Shown here: positions 48,239-57,303 of the stretch, one piece after another | How positions within the stretch are numbered: position 1 is the stretch's first letter | How the letters are laid out: each line of letters opens with the position of its first letter | DNA from: a virus | Lineage: Duplodnaviria > Heunggongvirae > Uroviricota > Caudoviricetes | IMG/VR virus record: IMGVR_UViG_2563366974_000010 | DNA: 64,000 bases | Reading direction: 5' to 3' (one strand) | The notes under the pieces: model-generated | Told to the model about the DNA's origin: nothing | Seen by the model: the letters and a program-made list of their open reading frames with translations, nothing else | Databases searched by the model: none | Program-made: the position numbers and the translations under genes

Positions 48239-48449
48239 GTTCTTACGCCTCGGGCTGGCTACTTAACCCCTGACCACTGCCTGGTAACTAGAAGTATTGC
48301 CCTGCATTCTGTGGGGTGGGGAGAGGGAATGAATTAAGTTTAGAAAAATGAACTTTTCAGGTCAATGTTTTTTTATCAAAACATTTTAAGCAGGCAGCTG
48401 TTAAGCCATCACCACGATGGCATACAGTTAATCAAATAGATGAGGTCGG

Positions 48450-49088
48450 TTAAATATTTTGTTGAATTTTAAAGCATACGCCCAATATGCAAGATAGATC
48501 ATCCAGCATAATTGAAGGGTAGCGAGGATTCGTGGGGACTAAAAGAATATCCGGCCCTTCTATCTCCAGTTTACGAATGACAGGTGTTGTGGTCCCTTTG
48601 GGTAAGGCAAGGACAATATTTCCTGGTTGTACGGTTCGATCGGGATCAACAAAAACTGTTGAACCATTTGGGATGGAAACTCCCCCACCAGATGTTGACA
48701 TACTGTCACTCTCTAGAACAACTGCAAAGGTATTGGCCGGGATTTCTCCGACAAGCTGCACACAAGAGGTTATTGAGGAATTTTTCATATAATCACTCCA
48801 GCTTGCTGCCTGCTGAAGTGATAGTAGCGGAACCGTTTTTATCGGCGGTAAAGATAGATCAAGCGAATCACCTGTATTTAACTCTCCTCCATTAAGAAGC
48901 CAATTTTCGTTTACTTTCAATATTTTTGCCAGTGAACTTATGTAACGCGAGGACGGCGCTCCTCCACCGTTCATCCATTGACTTACGGAGCCTTTTGATG
49001 CGCCAGTGGCATTGACAAGGTCTTTGCCTTTCAGGTTTAGCGCATGCATACGTTGGGTTATGCGTTCAGATATTGTTTGCTTGTTCAT
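48450..49088 (-). CDS. CI-like prophage repressor (HTH + S24 peptidase domain)
   Basis: HTH LKGKDLVNATGASKGSVSQWMNG; ESDSM and VIRKL motifs. Confidence 0.8.
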   Translation of the reverse strand: MNKQTISERITQRMHALNLKGKDLVNATGASKGSVSQWMNGGGAPSSRYISSLAKILKVNENWLLNGGELNTGDSLDLSLPPIKTVPLLSLQQAASWSDYMKNSSITSCVQLVGEIPANTFAVVLESDSMSTSGGGVSIPNGSTVFVDPDRTVQPGNIVLALPKGTTTPVIRKLEIEGPDILLVPTNPRYPSIMLDDLSCILGVCFKIQQNI

Positions 49089-49121
49089 GTTTTGATTTTA
49101 AAACACAGATGGTTTTGTTTC

Positions 49122-49150
49122 TTGACTTTCTTTGGTTTTGATTATTAAAC
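49122..49150 (+). promoter_or_regulatory. PR-like promoter with GTTTTG(A/T)TT direct repeats
   Basis: -35 TTGACT (49122-49127); -10 candidates around 49143-49150; three GTTTTGxTT repeats in the divergent intergenic region. Confidence 0.4.
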
Positions 49151-49179
49151 TTTTGGCGTTCAGTTTTATGGAGCGACTC

Positions 49180-49422
49180 ATGAAAAAATCAGAAGTATTA
49201 GGCTATTTTGGCGGAGTTGTTAAAACAGCCGCAGCTCTAGGAACGTCAAAAACCACAGTCAGCATGTGGGGGGAAGAGGTTCCGTGGAAATGGGCGTTGC
49301 TAATTCAGGCAGTCACTGCCGGGGCGCTCAAATATGAGTTACACATACCGACGGTTGTCATTCCCGGTTCTGATCATAATCCGCCTTCTAACCAAGGGGG
49401 GATTCATGAAAATCAAGCATGA
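49180..49422 (+). CDS. Cro/YdaS-like HTH protein
   Basis: Small HTH-like protein divergent from repressor. Confidence 0.6.
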   Translation: MKKSEVLGYFGGVVKTAAALGTSKTTVSMWGEEVPWKWALLIQAVTAGALKYELHIPTVVIPGSDHNPPSNQGGIHENQA

Positions 49423-49831
49423 ACACATCCGCATGGCGATGAATGCCTGGGCGCGTCCTGATGGCGAAAAAGTTCCGGCAGCTGGAATAACCCAGGCTTA
49501 TTTTGAGTTGGGTATGACGTTTCCTGAACTGTACGACGACAGCCATCCGGAAGCCCTGGCTCGCAATACCCAGAAAATTTTCCGCTGGATAGAGAAAGAC
49601 ACCCCTGATGCAGTTGAAAAAATTCAGGCGTTGTTACCAGCGATCGAAAAGGCAATGCCACCTTTGCTGGTGGCCAGAATGCGCAGCCACAGTTCAGCTT
49701 ATTTTCGGGAGCTGGTGGAGACGCGGGAGCGACTGGTGAGAGACGCTGATGATTTTGTCGCAGTGGCAATCGCCGGTTTCAATCAGATGAACCGTGGTGG
49801 CCCGGCAGGAAATGCTGTGGCAGTACATTGA
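49406..49831 (+). CDS. YdaT-like protein
   Basis: N-terminus MKIKHEHI... recognised as YdaT-type; GGGG RBS; overlaps upstream gene. Confidence 0.65.
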   Translation: MKIKHEHIRMAMNAWARPDGEKVPAAGITQAYFELGMTFPELYDDSHPEALARNTQKIFRWIEKDTPDAVEKIQALLPAIEKAMPPLLVARMRSHSSAYFRELVETRERLVRDADDFVAVAIAGFNQMNRGGPAGNAVAVH

Positions 49832-49896
49832 CTGACAATAGCCATATCGAATCGCTTCCGGCAACTCGTGAGTAAAAAGATTCGGTATCAGAAGAG

Positions 49897-50973
49897 GTGA
49901 GTATGGCTAACGCCTGGCTCAGATTATGGCATGACATGCCAAATGACCCTAAGTGGCGAACAATTGCCAGGGTGTCAGGGCAGCCAATTGCAACAGTGAT
50001 GGCAGTGTATATCCACCTCCTGGTGAGCGCGTCACGAAATGTCACGCGAGGTCACATTGATGTCACGACAGAAGATTTGGCAAGTGCGCTCGACGTGACA
50101 GAAGAGGTAATTGATTCAATTTTGCAGACGATGCAGGGGCGGGTACTTGATGGTGATTTAATCACTGGATGGGAAAAACGCCAGGTGCTTAAAGAGGACA
50201 ACGGCAATATTTCGCAAACCGCAAAATCTCCTGCAGAGCGCAAGAGGGCGCAGCGAGAGAGGGAAAGAAAGCGGGAACAAAATGGCGATTGTCACGGCGC
50301 GTCACGAAATGTCACGCACATGTCACGACGAGTCACGACAGATAAAGATACAGATAAAGATACAGATCAAGAAGATCAAAACACTATGGTCCATGGCGTA
50401 AAAAACGCCACGAACCAGGCAGGGGATGTTCAGACCGTCAATCTTGGTCAGCCAGCAGGCACGACACCGGAAGCCGATTCAGCGTATGCGCTGAAAGCCG
50501 ATTCGGGCGCTGTGCAGCAGGTGATGACCGCAAGGCCGGAGCAATCACACCAACTGCAGCAGCCCGAAGCCGATTCCGCCATTCAGCGGGAAGCCGATCG
50601 GGTAGTCCCGGAAAACACCGGGCAGTCTGTGGGACGAGTGGATTATCCGGATGTGTTCGAACAGGTCTGGCGGGAGTACCCGTTGCGTGCCGGAGCAAAC
50701 CCGAAGAAATCCGCTTTCAGTGCCTGGAAGGCCAGATTACGCGAGGGGGTGCCACCAGAGGCCATGCTGGATGGCGTGAGGCGTTACGCAAGATACTTGG
50801 CGGCTACCGGGAAAACGGGAACGGAATTTGTTCAGCGAGCGACGACGTTTTTTGGACCGGACCGGAATTTTGAGAACCCCTGGTTGCTCCCGGTAAGCGG
50901 CACGAACAACCAGCGTTGTGTGAATCATATTTCTGAACCGGATAACGAAATTCCGCCGGGCTTCAGGGGGTAA
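49897..50973 (+). CDS. Replication initiator, YdaU-like (DUF1376), with in-gene iterons
   Basis: Position after ydaS/ydaT-like genes; phased iterons inside gene. Confidence 0.55.
   Translation: MSMANAWLRLWHDMPNDPKWRTIARVSGQPIATVMAVYIHLLVSASRNVTRGHIDVTTEDLASALDVTEEVIDSILQTMQGRVLDGDLITGWEKRQVLKEDNGNISQTAKSPAERKRAQRERERKREQNGDCHGASRNVTHMSRRVTTDKDTDKDTDQEDQNTMVHGVKNATNQAGDVQTVNLGQPAGTTPEADSAYALKADSGAVQQVMTARPEQSHQLQQPEADSAIQREADRVVPENTGQSVGRVDYPDVFEQVWREYPLRAGANPKKSAFSAWKARLREGVPPEAMLDGVRRYARYLAATGKTGTEFVQRATTFFGPDRNFENPWLLPVSGTNNQRCVNHISEPDNEIPPGFRG
50031..50385 (+). repeat. Origin-like iterons: GTCACG copies at 10-11 bp spacing in two clusters plus tandem GATAAAGATACAGAT AT-rich tract
   Basis: Copies at 50031, 50041, 50051, 50062 and 50291, 50301, 50311, 50322, 50332; AT-rich repeat 50341-50385. 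Confidence 0.55.
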
Positions 50974-51013
50974 GTGTTAATTTCTGGTCATGAGGTAATT
51001 TTCAGGAGGGCTT

Positions 51014-51436
51014 GTGGCAAAAGTTTTTACACAAGAAGAGCGGGAAAAAATTAAAGGACAGGTTGTTGAACTCGTACGCCAGAGTGGGCGTGAGACGTTA
51101 CGGCAACTGGAAGTCAAGACAGGTGCGACAAGATATCTGATGAGCGTTCTCGCAAGAGAGCTGGTTGCCAGCGGCGATGTATGCAACTCTGGTTACGGGT
51201 TATTCCCGTCTGAACAGGCGCGTAAGGACTGGCAAAATGCCAGTAAAAAGCTCTCAAGGGCAAAGCTGAAGAAACCATCTGCGGTTGATCCGGACCTTAT
51301 CTGGTCATTACCTGACGGAGAAATACGTCGCTACGACAGGCGTCAGAACATAATCTGTCGCGAGTGCCGGAAGAGTGAAGTTATGCAGCGCATATTGTCG
51401 TTTTATCAGGGTGATGTTCGGTATTTATTGAAGTGA
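51014..51436 (+). CDS. Hypothetical protein (140 aa)
   Basis: AGGAGGG RBS, GTG start. Confidence 0.45.
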   Translation: MAKVFTQEEREKIKGQVVELVRQSGRETLRQLEVKTGATRYLMSVLARELVASGDVCNSGYGLFPSEQARKDWQNASKKLSRAKLKKPSAVDPDLIWSLPDGEIRRYDRRQNIICRECRKSEVMQRILSFYQGDVRYLLK

Positions 51437-51503
51437 CGAGATTAAAGTGCATTAGTTCAGATGCAAATTGACATTTTGTGGCACAGGGTAGAGCTAGCGT
51501 GGT

Positions 51504-51529
51504 TGTCCGCTTTGTGCCAATAGCGGACA
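51504..51529. promoter_or_regulatory. Perfect inverted repeat TGTCCGCT-N10-AGCGGACA upstream of AT-rich cassette
   Basis: 8-bp arms, 10-bp spacer, about 40 nt upstream of gene 1 start. Confidence 0.4.
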
Positions 51530-51567
51530 TTGCTGGCTCATGGTATGTTAGTTTAAGGAGGCAGGTT

Positions 51568-52590
51568 ATGCCCTGTATTTCGCTGTGGTATAATAGTTGC
51601 GCAATTGATACAAGGGAGCGTTACATCGTGAAAATTGTTTTCGAGGTTAATGGAAAGAAAGTTCCACTAAAATCTTTAAAATACATAAGCAAAAAAGATC
51701 AACTCGAAGTAATGAAAAACTGGTTCTTTGAAAACTTTGAAGATCCGGCAAATGCTTGTCCGTATGAAAGTAGAGAAGGTGGCTATGCTTACATATATGG
51801 CGGGCCGTATGATGCGAGCGAAGAACTACAATCCATCTTCGGTCAATATGTTAAATCTGAGTATATTGAGGAATTAGTAGATGAATTACAAACACAATGT
51901 TTTGACTGGTCTGGAAACTCAAATAATATAGATGATTGGTACGATGATGATATCTACGACGCTGTAACGTCTTCCGGTAATCCGTATTTAAAATTCATTG
52001 ATAATATCGATAAAATAAAAAAACTTGCAAAAGATAAAACTGAACAACAGCAAAAAAACCACTTGCTTAGTTTGCTCTACACGAATGTTATTACAGCTTT
52101 GGAAACGCTTTATGTTGAGCTATTCATTAATTCTATAGAGAAAGATGATGTCTACATAGCCAATTGTATAGAAAAAGGTAAGACTGAATTTAAAGTAAGC
52201 AAAGATATTGCTGCGTTGCCTTTCAAGGGTGAACCCATCGAGAAAATTAGGGGAGAGCTAATCAGGTCAATCAAGGAACAGTTGATCAGTGCAAGCTGGC
52301 ATAGCACTAAAAAGGTAATCGACCGCTATGAAGCTACATTCGATATAAAAGTACAAAAAGACTGTCCGATAGAAGCTATTGAATTGGCAACCCTCAATCG
52401 AAATCACTTAGTGCATCGTGGTGGAAAGGATAAAGAAGGGAACCTCGTAGTGATTACAGACCAGGATCTTGAAACGCTGATTGAAAATGCATCGAACCTG
52501 GCAATTATGCTCTACAACAGTTTAAATGTAGCAACGAATAAAACCACCATTTTGCAACCAGATGACAAACCGTTCATTCATGAATTTTAA
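51568..52590 (+). CDS. Hypothetical protein (340 aa), AT-rich cassette gene 1; possible HEPN-like RNxxxH motif
   Basis: AAGGAGG RBS 7 nt upstream of ATG 51568; much lower GC than flanking prophage; C-terminal LNRNHLVHRGG fits Rx4H. Confidence 0.55.
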   Translation: MPCISLWYNSCAIDTRERYIVKIVFEVNGKKVPLKSLKYISKKDQLEVMKNWFFENFEDPANACPYESREGGYAYIYGGPYDASEELQSIFGQYVKSEYIEELVDELQTQCFDWSGNSNNIDDWYDDDIYDAVTSSGNPYLKFIDNIDKIKKLAKDKTEQQQKNHLLSLLYTNVITALETLYVELFINSIEKDDVYIANCIEKGKTEFKVSKDIAALPFKGEPIEKIRGELIRSIKEQLISASWHSTKKVIDRYEATFDIKVQKDCPIEAIELATLNRNHLVHRGGKDKEGNLVVITDQDLETLIENASNLAIMLYNSLNVATNKTTILQPDDKPFIHEF

Positions 52591-52605
52591 TAGCGCAGGT
52601 CATAC

Positions 52606-53607
52606 ATGGATATTCGCACACGAAAGACAAAATTTTTAGAGTCGTTAGATTCAACTGAAGTGATACGCAAAGCAGTAAGTCTCGCTATAGATTGCATTAT
52701 TGATAATCATAATAGTAATGAAGATACCCCCTTAGTTATTACCAGCTATGATGATCTCTGTAGAATCCAGGTGCTAAATTATGTACAGGAGTTTTGCGAA
52801 GCTGCATTCCCTGATATGGATGAATATTACTTTAGTCCTAACATACTTCGCATCAACGGCAAGACTAGTGAAGAAGCTTGTATTAACTTAATTAAACTCT
52901 TAAGAAGTACAAAAGGCATGCTATTCTGGTCCGATGCCCCATCGTGGTTCGCTAGCCTCCCCGACGGATTATTCCATGTTGTTAACATTGATCAAAAAAT
53001 CGTTACTCGCGGCCTTAATAAGAAAAACTCTAAGCCGACAATAATCAATAAAGATTACAGTGTAGATACACTACTATCAGAGCTATTTTTGAATGGCGCA
53101 CACATGGAGCAACCCAACGTACACAACGTTTCTGAGGGAAACATGAAGTTCTATGATGAATGCCATGCTGGATTAATCAGACCAATACCCGCTCCAATAG
53201 GCGCGTCATACGATGAAGAGATCACAATTAATTCTCCAGATTGGCAAAAGCTCGCGTGTGTAGCTTTACGCCGCTATCAGTCGAAGGAATGTCATGACGG
53301 AATGCAATGGGATACAACCGATCATGGTTGGACTGATGTAATCGCGTATCCATTCGTCGAAGAAATACAATCAATGGATAATAGTGGTTATCGACAATGT
53401 TTAGTTGGGCTGGTCACAATAAACAATTCAAATGCAAATTCTCCGTACCTATCTACCGTTTGGATACATCCATTTTATCGCAGGAGAGGGTTATTAAGTA
53501 AGTTATGGCCAAAATTACAAGAGTTATATGGAAGTAACTTCGAAATTGAGCGACCTAATGAAAATATGAAAGCATTTCTGAAAAGTGCGAAACACGCAGA
53601 TTACTAA
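52606..53607 (+). CDS. Hypothetical protein (333 aa), AT-rich cassette gene 2; C-terminal GNAT-like segment
   Basis: C-terminal VWIHPFYRRRGLLSKLWPKL resembles acetyltransferase motif A; N-terminal 230 aa unassigned. Confidence 0.55.
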   Translation: MDIRTRKTKFLESLDSTEVIRKAVSLAIDCIIDNHNSNEDTPLVITSYDDLCRIQVLNYVQEFCEAAFPDMDEYYFSPNILRINGKTSEEACINLIKLLRSTKGMLFWSDAPSWFASLPDGLFHVVNIDQKIVTRGLNKKNSKPTIINKDYSVDTLLSELFLNGAHMEQPNVHNVSEGNMKFYDECHAGLIRPIPAPIGASYDEEITINSPDWQKLACVALRRYQSKECHDGMQWDTTDHGWTDVIAYPFVEEIQSMDNSGYRQCLVGLVTINNSNANSPYLSTVWIHPFYRRRGLLSKLWPKLQELYGSNFEIERPNENMKAFLKSAKHADY

Positions 53608-53923
53608 TTTATGAATCAGTCTGTGGAGTTAGGGTTGGTGTCAACAAGTAGGGTAAGAGCCTCAACGTGATGCTATGCCGACCTGCTCCCTGAGAATTCA
53701 CACAGAAGGCTGCTAGCAATGTCTGCAGATCGCTCAAAGCGGACTAGAAGGTTAGCTTGCGTCGGACTTGGCGTATTTAAAGAAGTGCTGGTGGTGACTG
53801 GTTGTTGTGTTCCATTTCTACAGAACAAAATCACAGAAACTATACCCAATAGTTATATTGAATCAATGATGAGACAGCCTCATATTTATCAGAACTGGTG
53901 TACGTCCAATACAGGAGGTTGTC

Positions 53924-54013
53924 GTGCTGGTTCTCAAATGTGCGCTAGCTATTGCGGCTGTAATGGCAATTTATTGTCTTGCTGTTGTTCTTATGGATCG
54001 CCTTTCTGATTGA
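53924..54013 (+). CDS. Candidate small hydrophobic peptide (29 aa)
   Basis: AGGAGG 5 nt upstream of GTG; peptide MLVLKCALAIAAVMAIYCLAVVLMDRLSD; not in ORF track. Confidence 0.2.
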   Translation: MLVLKCALAIAAVMAIYCLAVVLMDRLSD

Positions 54014-54224
54014 TTTTATATTGGCGAGGTGACGGGAGTTAAGTAGAATTGCTGCGGGTGCTTGAGGCTATCTGCCTCAGGCATGAACACCAAAGGCAGA
54101 TAGAGAAAAGCCCCAGTTAATATTACGCGTCCTGCAAGACGCTTAACATTAATCTGAGGCTCAATCTATGAACGGCAAATCTAGGTTAGCCTCTTACGTG
54201 CCGAAAGGCAAGGAGAAGCAGGCT

Positions 54225-54380
54225 ATGAAGCAGCAAAAGGCGATGTTAATCGCCCTGATCGTCATCTGTTTAACCGTCATAGTGACGGCACTGGTAACGA
54301 GGAAAGACCTCTGCGAGGTACGAATCCGAACCGGCCAGACGGAGGTCGCTGTCTTCACAGTTTACGAACCTGAGGAGTAA
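54225..54380 (+). CDS. hok: Hok/Gef-family type I toxin
   Basis: MKQQKAMLIALIVICLTVIVTALVTRKDLCEVRIRTGQTEVAVFTVYEPEE matches Hok family; in-frame upstream extension from 54168. Confidence 0.8.
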   Translation: MKQQKAMLIALIVICLTVIVTALVTRKDLCEVRIRTGQTEVAVFTVYEPEE

Positions 54381-54450
54381 GAGACCCGGCGAGGGAGAAA
54401 TCCCTCGCCACCTCTGATGTGTCAGGCATCCTCAACGCACCCGCACGTAA

Positions 54451-54475
54451 CCCGCTTCGGCGGGTTTTGTTTTTT
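54451..54475 (+). terminator. Intrinsic terminator after hok
   Basis: CCCGC-ttcg-GCGGG then TTTTGTTTTTT. Confidence 0.55.
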
Positions 54476-54547
54476 CCTGGCATTCTGGTTTACAATTCGC
54501 ACGCCAGCCTGAACAACTGGCACCTGCTGCGCCAGCAGAGACAACCG

Positions 54548-54826
54548 ATGGCGCACGATACCAAATTACACAATTCTGATGATTCTGCCGTCTTTGCCAG
54601 CAGGCACGGGCGGCGTTCCCGCACTTTCAAATCTGACTGGTTCCAGCATCCCCCATGCACTGAAGAACAGGCCGAGTGGCTAATTCAGTGCTACCGCAGA
54701 CACGGATACGAGATTAAGAAAGCCCTCAGCCTCGATTATCGTCACTGGATAATCTCCGTCAGGCTTCCTTACTCCGAACGATCACCGCGTCCGTCCCGCA
54801 CATTCCAGCAACGCATCTGGAGGTAA
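54548..54826 (+). CDS. Hypothetical protein (92 aa)
   Basis: Internal ATG of ORF 54419..54826; between hok and DUF968 gene. Confidence 0.4.
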   Translation: MAHDTKLHNSDDSAVFASRHGRRSRTFKSDWFQHPPCTEEQAEWLIQCYRRHGYEIKKALSLDYRHWIISVRLPYSERSPRPSRTFQQRIWR

Positions 54827-54827
54827 C

Positions 54828-55874
54828 GTGCGAGTATTACTTCGACCTGTTCTGGTACCGGAACTCGGGCTGGTGATCGTTAAGCCGGGCCGTGAATCCA
54901 TGCCGGTATTCCACAATACCCGGGTACTGGTGGAGCCGGAACCGAAAAGCATGCGTAATCTGCCGTCCGGGGTTGTTCCTGCCGTTCGCCAGCCGCTAGT
55001 GGAAGACAAAACATTGCTGCCGTTTTTCAGTAACGCACGGGTGATTCGTGCTGCTGGTGGTGCTGGTGCATTGTCTGACTGGCTGTTGCGCCATATTAAA
55101 TCCTGCCAGTGGCCACACGGCGATTATCATCACAGCGAAACCGTCATTCACCGTTATGGTACCGGCGCAATGGTGTTGTGCTGGCACTGCGACAACCAGC
55201 TGCGTGACCAGACATCCGAATCACTCGAGCAACTTGCTCATCAAAACCTGTCAGCATGGATGATTGACGTCATACTCCATGCAATGAATGGCTCGCAGGA
55301 ACGGGAATTATCGCTGGCTGAATTATCCTGGTGGGCGGTCCGCAATCAGGTGGCGGACGCGCTACCGGAAGCGGTATTACGTCGTTCGCTGGGGTTGCGT
55401 GCGGAAAAAATCCGCTCAATGTACCGTGAAAGCGACATCGTACCGGGAGAGCAGACCGCCACCAGCATACTGAAGCAGCGCACAAAAAATCTTGCGCCGC
55501 TGCCTCACGCCCACCAGCAAAACCCGCCACAGGAAGAGACGGTGGTCAGCATTGCCGTTGATCCTGAGTCTCCGGAATCTTTCATGAAACGACCTAAACG
55601 TCGCCGCTGGGTTAACGAGAAATACACACGCTGGGTGAAGACACAGCCGTGTGCGTGTTGTGGTAAGCCAGCCGACGATCCCCATCACCTGATTGGTCAT
55701 GGTCAGGGCGGAATGGGGACAAAATCTCACGATATTTTCACGCTACCGCTGTGTCGGGAGCATCACAACGAGCTTCATGCGGATCCTCTGGCGTTCGAAG
55801 AAAAGCATGGTTCTCAGGTTGATTTAATTTTTCGTTTTCTTGATCACGCCTTTGCAACTGGCGTGCTTGGGTAA
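54828..55874 (+). CDS. DUF968 (YdfU-like) prophage protein
   Basis: C-terminal CACCGKPADDPHHLIGHG...LCREHHNELH Cys/His cluster. Confidence 0.65.
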   Translation: MRVLLRPVLVPELGLVIVKPGRESMPVFHNTRVLVEPEPKSMRNLPSGVVPAVRQPLVEDKTLLPFFSNARVIRAAGGAGALSDWLLRHIKSCQWPHGDYHHSETVIHRYGTGAMVLCWHCDNQLRDQTSESLEQLAHQNLSAWMIDVILHAMNGSQERELSLAELSWWAVRNQVADALPEAVLRRSLGLRAEKIRSMYRESDIVPGEQTATSILKQRTKNLAPLPHAHQQNPPQEETVVSIAVDPESPESFMKRPKRRRWVNEKYTRWVKTQPCACCGKPADDPHHLIGHGQGGMGTKSHDIFTLPLCREHHNELHADPLAFEEKHGSQVDLIFRFLDHAFATGVLG

Positions 55875-55886
55875 AAGAGGTGACTG

Positions 55887-56261
55887 ATGCTCATAGATTT
55901 GGTTTTACCTTACCCGCCGACGGTGAACACTTACTGGCGACGCCGTGGCAGCACATATTTTATCTCGGAGGAGGGAAAGCGTTATCGCCGGGCTGTGGCG
56001 CTTATTGTTCGCCAGCAGCGGCTGAAATTAAGCCTGTCCGGAAGGCTGGCGATAAAGGTGATTGCAGAGCCACCGGATAAGCGTCGTCGCGACCTGGACA
56101 ATATCCTGAAAGCACCGCTGGATGCGCTGACGCATGCGGGAGTGTTAATGGACGATGAGCAGTTTGATGAAATCAATATCGTTCGTGGTCAGCCAGTATC
56201 TGGTGGACGTATGGGGGTGAAGATTTACCCCATAATGCATGAAGAGCAGGTCAAAAAATGA
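55887..56261 (+). CDS. rusA: Holliday junction resolvase RusA
   Basis: PYPPTVNTYW and RRRDLDNILKA motifs. Confidence 0.85.
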   Translation: MLIDLVLPYPPTVNTYWRRRGSTYFISEEGKRYRRAVALIVRQQRLKLSLSGRLAIKVIAEPPDKRRRDLDNILKAPLDALTHAGVLMDDEQFDEINIVRGQPVSGGRMGVKIYPIMHEEQVKK

Positions 56262-57079
56262 AACTGGAAGATTTACCGAAATACTACTCCCCAAAATCCC
56301 CTGGCCTGACCGATGCATCGGCCTCAACGTCAAAAGATGCGCTGAGTATCACTGATGTGATGGCCGCGCAGGGCATGACACAGAATCGGGCTGAGATGGG
56401 GTTTTCTGCGTTCCTGGGGAAAATGGGCATCAGTATGAATGACAGGGCGCGGGCAACAGAATTACTGGCAGATTATGCACTCAGTCGGTGCGATCGTGTG
56501 GCGGCGTTGAGAAAACTTCCGGCAGAAATAAAACCGGTAGTGATGCGCATTATGGCTTCGTATGCGTTTGAAGATTATGCCCGTAGCGCGGCGAGCAAAA
56601 AACAGTGCCCTTGCTGTCACGGAAAAAAATTTATTGAAAGCGAGGTTTTTACAAACAAGATCCAGTATCCGGATGGTAAGCCACCAGTGTGGGCAAAGTG
56701 CACAAAAGGCGTGTATCCGTCTTACTGGGAAGAATGGAAAAAAGTCAGGGAGGTGGTAAAAGTTGCCTGTCCGGAGTGTGGCGGAAAGGGTGAGGTTTCC
56801 ACCGCCTGTAAGGATTGCCGTGGGCGTGGTGTCGCCATTCATCGTGAAGAGTCGGTAAAACGTGGTATGCCTGTTATCAGAGATTGCCAGCGTTGTGGTG
56901 GTCGTGGCTGTGAAAGGCTGCCATCAACGGAGGCATTTAATGCCATATGCAAAGTGACGAGTGCTATCACGCTTGATACGTGGAAAAAATCAGTGAAACG
57001 CTTTTACGATACGTTGGTGGTTCGGTTTGACATTGAAGAGGCATGGGCGGAGCGGCAGTTAAAGAGGGTAACGCGATAG
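56258..57079 (+). CDS. Putative late antiterminator (Q-like) with four CxxCxGxG zinc-finger repeats
   Basis: Repeats CPCCHGKK, CPECGGKG, CKDCRGRG, CQRCGGRG; immediately followed by pR'-like promoter and tR'. Confidence 0.5.
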   Translation: MKLEDLPKYYSPKSPGLTDASASTSKDALSITDVMAAQGMTQNRAEMGFSAFLGKMGISMNDRARATELLADYALSRCDRVAALRKLPAEIKPVVMRIMASYAFEDYARSAASKKQCPCCHGKKFIESEVFTNKIQYPDGKPPVWAKCTKGVYPSYWEEWKKVREVVKVACPECGGKGEVSTACKDCRGRGVAIHREESVKRGMPVIRDCQRCGGRGCERLPSTEAFNAICKVTSAITLDTWKKSVKRFYDTLVVRFDIEEAWAERQLKRVTR

Positions 57080-57084
57080 TGTTG

Positions 57085-57112
57085 TTGATTTTTCCCGAAT
57101 CTGTGGTAAATT
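57085..57112 (+). promoter_or_regulatory. pR'-like late promoter
   Basis: -35 TTGATT (57085-57090), 16 bp, -10 TAAATT (57107-57112). Confidence 0.45.
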
Positions 57113-57161
57113 TGCTCTAACGATGGGCGTTTTATGCCTGACGTTAGAAGATTTTTTACAC

Positions 57162-57183
57162 CCCGCCGCCTGGCGGGTTTTTT
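57162..57183 (+). terminator. tR'-like intrinsic terminator
   Basis: CCCGCC-gcct-GGCGGG then T6; about 65 nt downstream of putative pR'. Confidence 0.6.
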
Positions 57184-57303
57184 ATGACTGAAATCGCGTC
57201 AGTACAGTAAACGCGCTGGTGGCGGTGAATACCTGTCTTTCAGCTTGCTGGCTTTTTCGACAAGAGTTATTGGTGTGTCACGTTAACCGGAAAAGGAAAA
57301 GAC

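Noticed and set aside
48450-49088. Repressor B as a RacR-type regulator
   Set aside because: The protein has an HTH plus S24-peptidase layout (CI/LexA-like), not the short RacR type, although neighbouring ydaS/ydaT/ydaU-like genes resemble Rac
53719-54009. Cys-rich 96-aa ORF upstream of hok
   Set aside because: No RBS, implausible N-terminal sequence; the same DNA contains a better-supported 29-aa ORF in another frame with a consensus AGGAGG; kept only as a caveat
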